Below, piece after piece: positions 19,257 to 27,467 of a DNA stretch of 37,431 nt (its first letter is position 1; every line of letters starts with the position of its first letter). Origin of the DNA: an uncultured Phycisphaerales bacterium. GTDB taxonomy: Bacteria > Planctomycetota > Phycisphaerae > Phycisphaerales > SM1A02. Location: the NCBI GenBank assembly GCA_938084645.1, contig CALKEP010000072.1:1-37431 (forward strand), read 5' to 3'. The notes under the pieces were generated by a model, which was not told the DNA's origin, made no database searches, and saw nothing but the letters and a program-made list of their open reading frames with translations. Both the position numbers and the translations under genes were made by a program.

Positions 19257-21731
19257 TCAGGCGGCGAGCGCTCCCTCGTCGTCGTCGTGGGAGGCATCGA
19301 AGATCCGCTTCGCTCGACTCAGGGTCAGGTAGACCAACCCGACGAGCAGCAGTGACATCACGATCGACGCACCGGCGATCATGCCGATCAACGAGAGCAG
19401 CTTGGACGGCATCTGGCCGCCGATCAGTCTCGCGTATCCCCCACCCGCGGTGGTCGGCTGGTCTCCACGAAGCGATGCTCGCGCCCCGTCCGCGCGACGC
19501 GGCGCCTGCCGCGCCGACTCCGACGCCATGGTGGTGGCGATCGCATCGAGCGTGCTCGGAAGGACGCGTCGATCCGCACCCTCGAGCACGAGACGCAATC
19601 GACCCGGCCCATCGGTCTCGAACTGCAGGTCGTCGACGAGCATCGTCGCAAGCCCGGTTTCACCACCCGCCGGCATGAGCCCGCGAGCCGCCAGTCGACG
19701 ACCCACGGCCTGGACGAAGGCGGGATCGGTGGCGAGCGCTTCATGCCACTCGAGCCAGGTCGACGCCGCGTCGCTCGCGAGGACCCCGCCATCGCGCGGG
19801 GTGGCGCGGAGTTCGACCGTCGCGGTGCCGGCCACCGGGACGACCTCGCTCACCGCGAACCAGCTGCCCAGGACGCACACCGCGGTCAGCAGTCCCATCC
19901 AGGCGACCGTCGCCACCGAACGGGATCGAGCCCAACGACGGACCATCTGTTGTTCACTTCGCGAGAGGAACTCGCGAACCTGGGCCAGTTCCTTTCGCTG
20001 CGCCTCGATTCGCTGCAACTCGTGGAACGTGGCGGTGCCGCCGTCGTTCGCCGTGTTCGCCCGGACCCGCCCCTTCACGGCGGCGAGGCGTCGCTTCCGA
20101 CGATCGAGATGTCGCGCCGCCGCATTGATCCGTTCGGCCTTCGCGCGGAGCTTCTTCGCCATCTCCTGCGCCTGACCCCGGTCGTTGGTCATCGCGAGCG
20201 CCGTCTCGAGCTCGTCGCTTCGTTGCTCGGCCCGCCGACAGCGTTCCTCGAATGCCTGGAGTTCGGCCGAGGGAACCTCGCCGCCCGCCTGCTCGAAGTC
20301 CTTCAGCCGGCCTTGCAGCGTCTCGATCTCGGCCAGCAGCGGCGCGGTCGCGGTCTCGATGGCCGCCGGATCCGCCGCCAGCTGCTCCAACTCCCTGATT
20401 CTCGCTTCGAGCGGGCCACGGACCTCGTCGATGGCCGACTGCATCGATGCCTCGTCGGCCGGTGCGGCGGACGTCCGCTCCAACGCCGACTCCAGTTCGG
20501 CGATCCTCGATTCGAGGGTGTCACGAACCCTCGCCACCGCCTCGTTGGCATCGGTGCCTTCGGCGGCGAGCCGGGCTTCGAGTCGTTCGATCCGAGCCTT
20601 CTGCTCCGCCGCGATCGCGATGGCGGCGGTCCCCTGCTCCAGACGCGGCGCCTGTTCGGCGACGGCCCGGGCGAGCTCGGTCAGCTTCTCGCCGGCGACC
20701 CCCAGTTGTCGTCGATCCTCCTCGACGACGGCCTCGAGTTCGTTCACGCGATCCCGGGCCACCGCGAGTTCATCCTCCAGGACGTTCGTCCGCGTCATCG
20801 CGGCATCGAGCGATGCCTGACGCTCGTGGTTCTGCGCATCGAAGGTCTCGCAACGCGATTCCAGCTCGGCGAGCGTCGCCTGCAGTGCGGATGTCTCCTG
20901 CGATTGCATCTCGTGGGCGGTTCGAATCGACTCGAGCTCGGTCTCCAACGTCTCCGACCGATCGCGGGCGTCGACCAGTTCGGTCTGCGCCTGCTCGAGA
21001 TCCCTCCCCACCGTCTCCAACGCCTCGCGATGTCGCTGCGTGGCGGCGGTCGCCTCGGCGAGGGCATGGTCTCGCTCCTCCGCGGCGTGGCGCTCGGCTT
21101 CCTCCCGCCGAACCGCGTCACCCTCGAGCTCCTCGATGCGTGCCTGCATCGCTTCGTGCTGGGTCGACCGTTCGACGAGCGTCTGCTCCCGCGCCTCGAG
21201 TTCGGACTTGAGTTCCTCGATCGCGGCTCGTTCCTCATCGACCGCCCGCGATTTCGCGGCGCAGGCGTCCACTTCCGCACGGTGTTCGGCGAGATCGCCT
21301 CGCAGCTCGTCCTGCGCGGCCTCCAGCTCGGCCTTCGAAGACTCGAGCTCCGCGGTCGCCTCGTCGCAACGCCGCTGGCGTTCGTCGAGCTCACCACGCG
21401 TGGAATCCAGTTCAGTCCGCATCCGGTCCAACGCGCCGCGTTCCTGCTCGAGGGCCGTCGACGCGGCTTCGATCTCCTGGCCGCGCGATGCGAGAAGCAC
21501 TTCCGCCTCCTCGATCGAGCGCTGCCGTCCGGCCAGATCCATGAACTCGGACTCCTGCCGGCTCTGCACGTCCCGAATCCGCGTCAGGTGCCGCTCGACG
21601 TCCTCGATCAACGACAGCACGTCGCCACTCGTGGATCGCGAATCGCCGTCGGGCGGATCGGTGGTCGGGGGCGGAGCCACCTGCTCGAGTTCCTCTTCGG
21701 GGTTTCGCCGCTCGTCGTGTCCGTCACTCAT
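19257..21731 (-). CDS. Long coiled-coil protein with two C-terminal TM helices
   Basis: About 600 aa of E/A/R/L-rich heptad-like sequence, then TM - ~170 aa loop - TM; start at ATG 21731 after GAAGG. Confidence 0.85.
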   Translation of the reverse strand: MSDGHDERRNPEEELEQVAPPPTTDPPDGDSRSTSGDVLSLIEDVERHLTRIRDVQSRQESEFMDLAGRQRSIEEAEVLLASRGQEIEAASTALEQERGALDRMRTELDSTRGELDERQRRCDEATAELESSKAELEAAQDELRGDLAEHRAEVDACAAKSRAVDEERAAIEELKSELEAREQTLVERSTQHEAMQARIEELEGDAVRREEAERHAAEERDHALAEATAATQRHREALETVGRDLEQAQTELVDARDRSETLETELESIRTAHEMQSQETSALQATLAELESRCETFDAQNHERQASLDAAMTRTNVLEDELAVARDRVNELEAVVEEDRRQLGVAGEKLTELARAVAEQAPRLEQGTAAIAIAAEQKARIERLEARLAAEGTDANEAVARVRDTLESRIAELESALERTSAAPADEASMQSAIDEVRGPLEARIRELEQLAADPAAIETATAPLLAEIETLQGRLKDFEQAGGEVPSAELQAFEERCRRAEQRSDELETALAMTNDRGQAQEMAKKLRAKAERINAAARHLDRRKRRLAAVKGRVRANTANDGGTATFHELQRIEAQRKELAQVREFLSRSEQQMVRRWARSRSVATVAWMGLLTAVCVLGSWFAVSEVVPVAGTATVELRATPRDGGVLASDAASTWLEWHEALATDPAFVQAVGRRLAARGLMPAGGETGLATMLVDDLQFETDGPGRLRLVLEGADRRVLPSTLDAIATTMASESARQAPRRADGARASLRGDQPTTAGGGYARLIGGQMPSKLLSLIGMIAGASIVMSLLLVGLVYLTLSRAKRIFDASHDDDEGALAA

Positions 21732-21982
21732 GAAAATCGCCTTCCTTGCAACTGCCAACCGCCTCGAGCGGGGTTCCTCGGGAACCTGCGCACTTCCGGG
21801 AAATCGGCCGTTCGGGGCCCCGACTGCAGCACTCCTGCGGAAGGTTTGCTTCGGAGAACGCCGGGGAAGCCGGGCAATCGCACCGTGAGGTCCGAAAACT
21901 CGTGAGGCTCCCCTCGAATCCACCTCGGGCCGGCGGCGAAAACCCCGAATCCCCGGTCTTCCCCCACTCCTAGAATGCACGC

Positions 21983-23296
21983 ATGATCCACCACGCCGTC
22001 GACGAGTCCCCCCCGATCCACCTGCTCGATCCCGATCTCGAGTCGATCGCCGAGAAGGTCTTCGCGGGCCGGCGACTGGATCTCGACGACGGTCGCATCC
22101 TCTACGACACCAGGGACGTCCACGGCGTCTGTCGACTCGCGGACCTGGTTCGCCGGCGGATGCACGGTCGAGCCGCGTACTACAACGTCAATCGACACGT
22201 CAACTACTCGAACATCTGTGCCCTCAGTTGCTCCTTCTGCGCCTTCCATCGCAAGAAGGACCAGGACGGTGCCTACGAGATGTCCGTCGAAGAGGTGACG
22301 GAGTCCGCGATCCAGGCCGCGGAGGCCGGCGCCACCGAACTTCACATCGTCGGTGGACTCCATCCCTGGCTCGGCTTCGACTACTACACGTCGATGCTCT
22401 CGGCGATCCGCGAAGCGGCCCCCCGCCTGCACCTCAAGTCGTTCACCGCGGTCGAGATCGTCCATCTCCAGCGCATCTCGAAGCGCGGCAAGCAGGGGTT
22501 CGAGGGCATGAAGGCCGTCCTGCGGGATCTTCGTGACGCCGGCCTCGGTTCACTCCCGGGAGGCGGCGCCGAAGTCTTCGACGATCGAGCCCACGACACC
22601 GCGTTCAAGGGGAAGATCCGAAGCGATCAGTGGCTCGACGTCCATCGGGCGGCGCACGAGATCGGGCTCAACTCGAACGCGACGATGCTGTACGGCCACG
22701 TCGAAGGACGGCCCGAGCGACTGGTCCACATGGACCTTCTCCGCCGCCAGCAGGACGCCACCCTTCGAAACTGGGCCGCGGCGCAGGGCATCGAATCCGC
22801 AGGCGCCCCGGACGCGGCGGACGCGGTGGTCCTCACCGGGCCCGATGCGCGGTATCCCGGGGAACGACTCCCGATGCCGGGACAGACCGGACTCGAGACC
22901 GGCTACTTCCAGACGATCATCCCGCTTCCGTTCTTCCCCGACGGAAGCGGTCTCGAACGGCTCCCCGGACCCTCCGGGCTCGAGAACCTCCGCACCCTGG
23001 CGGTCGCCCGGCTGATGCTCGACAACATCCCGCATGCGAAGGCGTTCTGGATCATGCAGACCCTCGGCATGGCGCAGCTCATGCTCGACGCCGGCGCGGA
23101 CGATCTCGACGGCACCGTGGTGTGGTACGACATCACCCACCTCGACAACGCGTCGACCCATCAGGAGACCACGGTCGGTGATCTTCGCCGGGCCGCGACC
23201 GAGGCGGGTTTCCATCCCGTGGAACGGGACACGCTGTATCGACAGGTGGAGCGGACCGGCTCCGACTGGCGGTTGGCCGAATCGCCGAAGGGCTGA
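21983..23296 (+). CDS. mqnE: Radical SAM enzyme of the CofH/MqnE family, probably aminofutalosine synthase
   Basis: NYSNICALSCSFCAF (CxxxCxxC), ELHIVGGLHP, KSFTAVEI, SLPGGGAEVF, NATMLYGH, ARLMLDNIPHAKAFW. Confidence 0.82.
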   Translation: MIHHAVDESPPIHLLDPDLESIAEKVFAGRRLDLDDGRILYDTRDVHGVCRLADLVRRRMHGRAAYYNVNRHVNYSNICALSCSFCAFHRKKDQDGAYEMSVEEVTESAIQAAEAGATELHIVGGLHPWLGFDYYTSMLSAIREAAPRLHLKSFTAVEIVHLQRISKRGKQGFEGMKAVLRDLRDAGLGSLPGGGAEVFDDRAHDTAFKGKIRSDQWLDVHRAAHEIGLNSNATMLYGHVEGRPERLVHMDLLRRQQDATLRNWAAAQGIESAGAPDAADAVVLTGPDARYPGERLPMPGQTGLETGYFQTIIPLPFFPDGSGLERLPGPSGLENLRTLAVARLMLDNIPHAKAFWIMQTLGMAQLMLDAGADDLDGTVVWYDITHLDNASTHQETTVGDLRRAATEAGFHPVERDTLYRQVERTGSDWRLAESPKG

Positions 23297-23314
23297 CGGG
23301 ACCGGCCCGTCGGC

Positions 23315-24943
23315 TCAGCCGCTTCGGACCTCGCGCCCCAGCGCCCAGCGAAGCTCCGGCATCCGCAGGAGACGAGCCGCCGACGAGAACACCACCCCGC
23401 CCACTGCCGCGAGGACCCCGAGTTCGACCGCCGCGCCCGCCCAGGTGCCGAGGCCGAGGCCGTCGAACGGCACGAACCACATCGCGGCGGCGACCGCGAG
23501 AAGCATGACCAGCGTGCAGGCCACGGTCCGCATCACGCTCCGGACGGCATCGCCATCGAAGAGACGGCCGACCCGCGACGAAAGGACGCGTCCGAGGATC
23601 AAGGACTGCAGGATCGCGCAGACCGCGGTGCTCCAGGCGAGGCCGGCCACCCCGAGCGACGTCCCGAACACCAGGGTGAGATTCAGGACGAGGTTGAGAC
23701 CGACCATCGCCATCGCGATGCGGACGGGGGTCATCGCCTCGCGGCGCGCGTAGAAGCCTCGCACCAGGACGTGATTGAGCGAGTAGCTCCAGATCGCGAC
23801 GGAGTAGCCGAGCAGCACGAACGCGACCCGATCGACGTCGGAGGCGTCGAAGGCGAATCCCTGGTACACGACCGTGACGAACGGAGCGCGAACCAGAGCG
23901 ATGCCGAGGCTCGCCGGCAGCCCGATGAACACCGTGAGACGCAGCCCACGTCGCAGGGTGTCCAGGAACCGGGTCGGATCCGCGTGCTCCCGAGCAAGTT
24001 GCGGGAAGATCGCCGTCGCGACCGCGATCCCGAAGACCCCGAGTGGAAACTCGTAGAGACGCTGCGCGTAGCCGAGGGTGGCCATCGCGGTATCGGGCAG
24101 CGGATAGGGTCGGCCCATGATGTCCGGACCGACCACCGTCGGCCAGCTCGCGATCAGACCGTCCAGGAACGTGTTCACCTGAAGCACGCCGAGTCCGAGG
24201 ATCATCGGCAGCGCCTGCGTCACCACCCGACGGAGCCCGAGTCTCGCCTCGCGATCCGACGCCGTGGACACGACTCCCCGCGGCGACGTCCTTCGCAACT
24301 CCCACAGGGCCCACGTCGCCTGCGCCACGCCCGCGACCAGCACCCCCCAGCCGACGATTCCGATCCGCGCGGCATCGACCGGCCCGTCGCCTCCCCACCA
24401 CGCGACGAAGACCGCGATCACCAGCGACAGGTTGAGGAGGATCGGTGCGGCGGAGGCTGGCGCGAACCGCCCTCGGACCTGCAGGACGGCGCCCGCGACC
24501 GCGGTGATGCACACCAGCGGCATGTACGGAAGGGTGATCGCGAGCAATCGAAGTCCGAGGTCGTCCCGCATCGCGGGGACCGCGAGGAGGATCGTCTCCC
24601 CGACGACCGTCAGGGCCGTGAGCAGCAATCCGACCCGCGCCAGCATGAGCGAGGCGAGCCGACGCGCCGCCTGGGGATCCTGCGCCTCGAGTCGGGCCTG
24701 CTCGGGGACCAGGGCCGCGCTCAGTGCGCCCTCGCCGAAGAGACGACGGAAGAGGTTGGGCACGAGAAATGCGAATCCGAAGGCGCTCGCCGCGTCCGAG
24801 ACGCCGATGAGCCTTCCGAAGCAGGCTTCACGGGCAAGTCCCCCGAAGCGACTCGCCGTGGTCAGCAAGGTGACCGTCAACGCATGTCGTTCGAATCCAC
24901 GCCCGCCGGCCTTCGACGACGGCTCAGCCATCGGTGGCGGCAT
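23315..24943 (-). CDS. murJ: Lipid II flippase MurJ (MviN)
   Basis: SRFGGLARE, AFLVPNLFRRLFGEGALSAA, YAQRLYEFPLGVFGIAVATAIFP; many TM helices. Confidence 0.95.
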   Translation of the reverse strand: MPPPMAEPSSKAGGRGFERHALTVTLLTTASRFGGLAREACFGRLIGVSDAASAFGFAFLVPNLFRRLFGEGALSAALVPEQARLEAQDPQAARRLASLMLARVGLLLTALTVVGETILLAVPAMRDDLGLRLLAITLPYMPLVCITAVAGAVLQVRGRFAPASAAPILLNLSLVIAVFVAWWGGDGPVDAARIGIVGWGVLVAGVAQATWALWELRRTSPRGVVSTASDREARLGLRRVVTQALPMILGLGVLQVNTFLDGLIASWPTVVGPDIMGRPYPLPDTAMATLGYAQRLYEFPLGVFGIAVATAIFPQLAREHADPTRFLDTLRRGLRLTVFIGLPASLGIALVRAPFVTVVYQGFAFDASDVDRVAFVLLGYSVAIWSYSLNHVLVRGFYARREAMTPVRIAMAMVGLNLVLNLTLVFGTSLGVAGLAWSTAVCAILQSLILGRVLSSRVGRLFDGDAVRSVMRTVACTLVMLLAVAAAMWFVPFDGLGLGTWAGAAVELGVLAAVGGVVFSSAARLLRMPELRWALGREVRSG

Positions 24944-25352
24944 CGCTCGGAACGAGGTCGTAGGAGATTCGACTCATGGCGGGGTCGAGTTCGTTGCGAA
25001 CGACCCGGACCTGGCATCGTCGCCCGGACTTCGTGAAGAAGCAGACGGCGGTGGACCCCGTCGCGGTGATTCCCGTCGAGACCCAGCCGTTGGTGGTGAA
25101 CGCCTTCTCGAGCCCGTCGAGTCGGCGGCTCGGATCATCGACCTTGGTCGCGAACACGCTCTTCACCCGAACCAGTTCGCCGGATTTCCGCTCGACGTTC
25201 GAAGTCGCCCGAGCGAGCGCCTCATCCGGCGCCGGCACGTCGCTGTCGAGCAGGAAACGGGACTCGCTGGAGCATCCAGCCACCATCGCGAGAATCAGCG
25301 ATGCAAGAAGGGCGGGAGGGAGGGAACGGGTTCGCATGGATGTCCGGTTCAT
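24924..25352 (-). CDS. Hypothetical lipoprotein
   Basis: Lipobox VAGC after a hydrophobic stretch; ATGA overlap with the upstream stop; 20-nt overlap with murJ. Confidence 0.75.
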   Translation of the reverse strand: MNRTSMRTRSLPPALLASLILAMVAGCSSESRFLLDSDVPAPDEALARATSNVERKSGELVRVKSVFATKVDDPSRRLDGLEKAFTTNGWVSTGITATGSTAVCFFTKSGRRCQVRVVRNELDPAMSRISYDLVPSDAATDG

Positions 25353-26503
25353 CTTCCGCCATGTTCCTCGGACTCGGTCCGCACCGCAACGTGGGCGGCC
25401 CCCGAATCGGCCACGAACGCCTCCCCGCATTCCGGGCATCGCGCTTCGGACTGCTCGGGAAGCCCCTGCAGGTCGTGCCCGCAGCGAAGACACTCGATCC
25501 CGTATCGAGCCGCGAGCCGCGACATCCGGCGGCGAGACCGGTACACGACGAAGGAGCCGATCAGTCCCAGCAGGGCCGCGTCCACCATCATCTCGAAACT
25601 GAGCCCGAGGGCGTCGTACTGGCGGACCGCGGCACCCATCCAGTTCCGGTCGCTCGAAAACGGCATGACGAGGAGATAGGCGGCGAAGAGAAGGACCGCG
25701 GATCCGATCGTCCACACCGTCGCGGTCATGGCGATGCGGCGGGAGGGAATTCGGCGATCGGACGGGCCCTGGTATCCGCCACCGCACGTCTCGCATCCCG
25801 GACATCCATTCAACGCGAGGCAGTCCAGACATCGCCGCTCCCGGTCCATCCGGTCCGTCGAGTGGCGGCGCCCGGACTCCAGACAGGCCACGAGCCCCGC
25901 GATTCCGCCCGCGGCGGCGCCCACCACCACCATCGTGACCGGGCCGACCACGGGATTCCGCCCCGCCACGCCGAGGAACACGCCGCCCACCATCGCGCCG
26001 AGCGCCGTCGCGATCGCGAGGTGCAACCAGTTCACCGGACTCGCGAGCAGGAGGACGAGGGACGCGATACGACGCGTCTGGCCGATCCGGAACCACTCGG
26101 GTCCGTGTCGATCGGGTGCGAGCGCCGCGATCCATGCGAGCGCCACGATGATCCCGCAGGCGTCCGCGACGAGATCGAGTGGATCGAAGCTCCGACCGAG
26201 TCCCGGAATCTCCTGCGTGACCTCGTCGAGAATCGCGAGGGATCCCATGATCACCAGCGCCGAGGCGGCGCTCCGCGCGATCCCGGAGAGGCGAACCAGC
26301 ACGGTGACCGTCCCGAACGCCAGGAAGTGCAGGATCTTGTCCGGTCCGTCACCCGGCGTTCCGATCACCAGTTTCGGATAGTGCGTTCCAGCCAGCAGGA
26401 CGAGCATCGACATCACCGCGGCGATCCGGAGCCAGTGACGCGACCACCAGGCGGGGGTGCCCCGAGGCGGATTGAATCGAACTGCCCTGATGCCGGCGTT
26501 CAT
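25349..26503 (-). CDS. VanZ-family membrane protein with additional TM segments and two zinc-ribbon-like Cys motifs
   Basis: DKILHFLAFG...DEVTQ..PG.GRSFDPLDLVAD (VanZ); CLDC...CETC and CLRCGHDLQGL...CPECG; ATGA overlap with the parA-like stop. Confidence 0.8.
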   Translation of the reverse strand: MNAGIRAVRFNPPRGTPAWWSRHWLRIAAVMSMLVLLAGTHYPKLVIGTPGDGPDKILHFLAFGTVTVLVRLSGIARSAASALVIMGSLAILDEVTQEIPGLGRSFDPLDLVADACGIIVALAWIAALAPDRHGPEWFRIGQTRRIASLVLLLASPVNWLHLAIATALGAMVGGVFLGVAGRNPVVGPVTMVVVGAAAGGIAGLVACLESGRRHSTDRMDRERRCLDCLALNGCPGCETCGGGYQGPSDRRIPSRRIAMTATVWTIGSAVLLFAAYLLVMPFSSDRNWMGAAVRQYDALGLSFEMMVDAALLGLIGSFVVYRSRRRMSRLAARYGIECLRCGHDLQGLPEQSEARCPECGEAFVADSGAAHVAVRTESEEHGGR

Positions 26504-27399
26504 GCTTCGTCGGCGGGTCGGACGGCATCCGGAGCGGCGGCCGCCGAGGCATCGGTCCCGGCCTCCCAGCTCGCGATGAATCGCTGCGCGAGCTTTCGGT
26601 AGTCGATGGCCCCCGGACACCACGGGGCGTAGTCGAAGATCGACTGGCCGAAACTCGGCGCCTCCGCGAGCTTGATGTTTCGCCGGATCGCGGGTCGCAA
26701 CACGGTCGCACCATCCCACGGCAGACCGCTGCCGTCGGCTTCCGCGAGAAAGGAGTCGAGTTCGGCGACGACTTCCTTGCCGTGGGTGCTCTGCGTCTCG
26801 TGCATGCACAGGGCGATGCCACCGACCCGGAGGCGGGGGTTCACCTGAGCCGCGACGAGCCTGACCGTCTCGAGCAGTTTTCCGACCCCTTGCAGCGCCA
26901 GGAAGTGGGCCTGCATGGGCACGACCACTTCGTCCACCGCCGCCAGGGCGTTCAGCGTGAGCAGCCCGAGACTCGGCGGGCAGTCGAGGATGACGTAGTC
27001 GAATCGATCGAGCAGTGGTTCGAGCCGACGACGGAGCAGATCGTTCCGGTCGGGCTGAGCCGCGAGTTCGGACTCCGCGGCCGCCAGGTCGACCGAGGCG
27101 GGAATCAACCAGAGGTTCTCCCGAACCTGCACCAACGCATCCTCGGTGTCGGCCGCGGGATCGACCAGGAGGTCGTAGACCGTGGTGCCCACGGTCTCCC
27201 CATCGACGCCGAGATGGAGCGACAGATGCGCCTGTGGATCGAGATCGATCGCCAGGACTCGACGCCCCTCCTCGCCGATGGCGGCCGCGAGATTGCAGCT
27301 GGTGGTGGTCTTGCCCACGCCGCCCTTCTGATTCAGGAGCGCGGTGCGACGCGGTCCACGCGCCGCGTTCGGCGAATTGTCGGTGACGGGCTCGGACAT
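26500..27399 (-). CDS. ParA/Soj-family ATPase
   Basis: Deviant Walker A NQKGGVGKTT, DLDPQ, ILDCPPSLG, IRRNIKLAEAPSFG. Confidence 0.95.
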   Translation of the reverse strand: MSEPVTDNSPNAARGPRRTALLNQKGGVGKTTTSCNLAAAIGEEGRRVLAIDLDPQAHLSLHLGVDGETVGTTVYDLLVDPAADTEDALVQVRENLWLIPASVDLAAAESELAAQPDRNDLLRRRLEPLLDRFDYVILDCPPSLGLLTLNALAAVDEVVVPMQAHFLALQGVGKLLETVRLVAAQVNPRLRVGGIALCMHETQSTHGKEVVAELDSFLAEADGSGLPWDGATVLRPAIRRNIKLAEAPSFGQSIFDYAPWCPGAIDYRKLAQRFIASWEAGTDASAAAAPDAVRPADEA

Positions 27400-27467
27400 C
27401 GCGGCGAGTGTATCCGGTGCGTGTGGTCGAAGTCCGGCCGCCGCCCGGACCGACGATCGTTCCACGC

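Noticed and set aside
19257..21731. Annotation as chromosome segregation protein SMC
   Set aside because: No Walker A/B, signature motif or hinge; has TM helices
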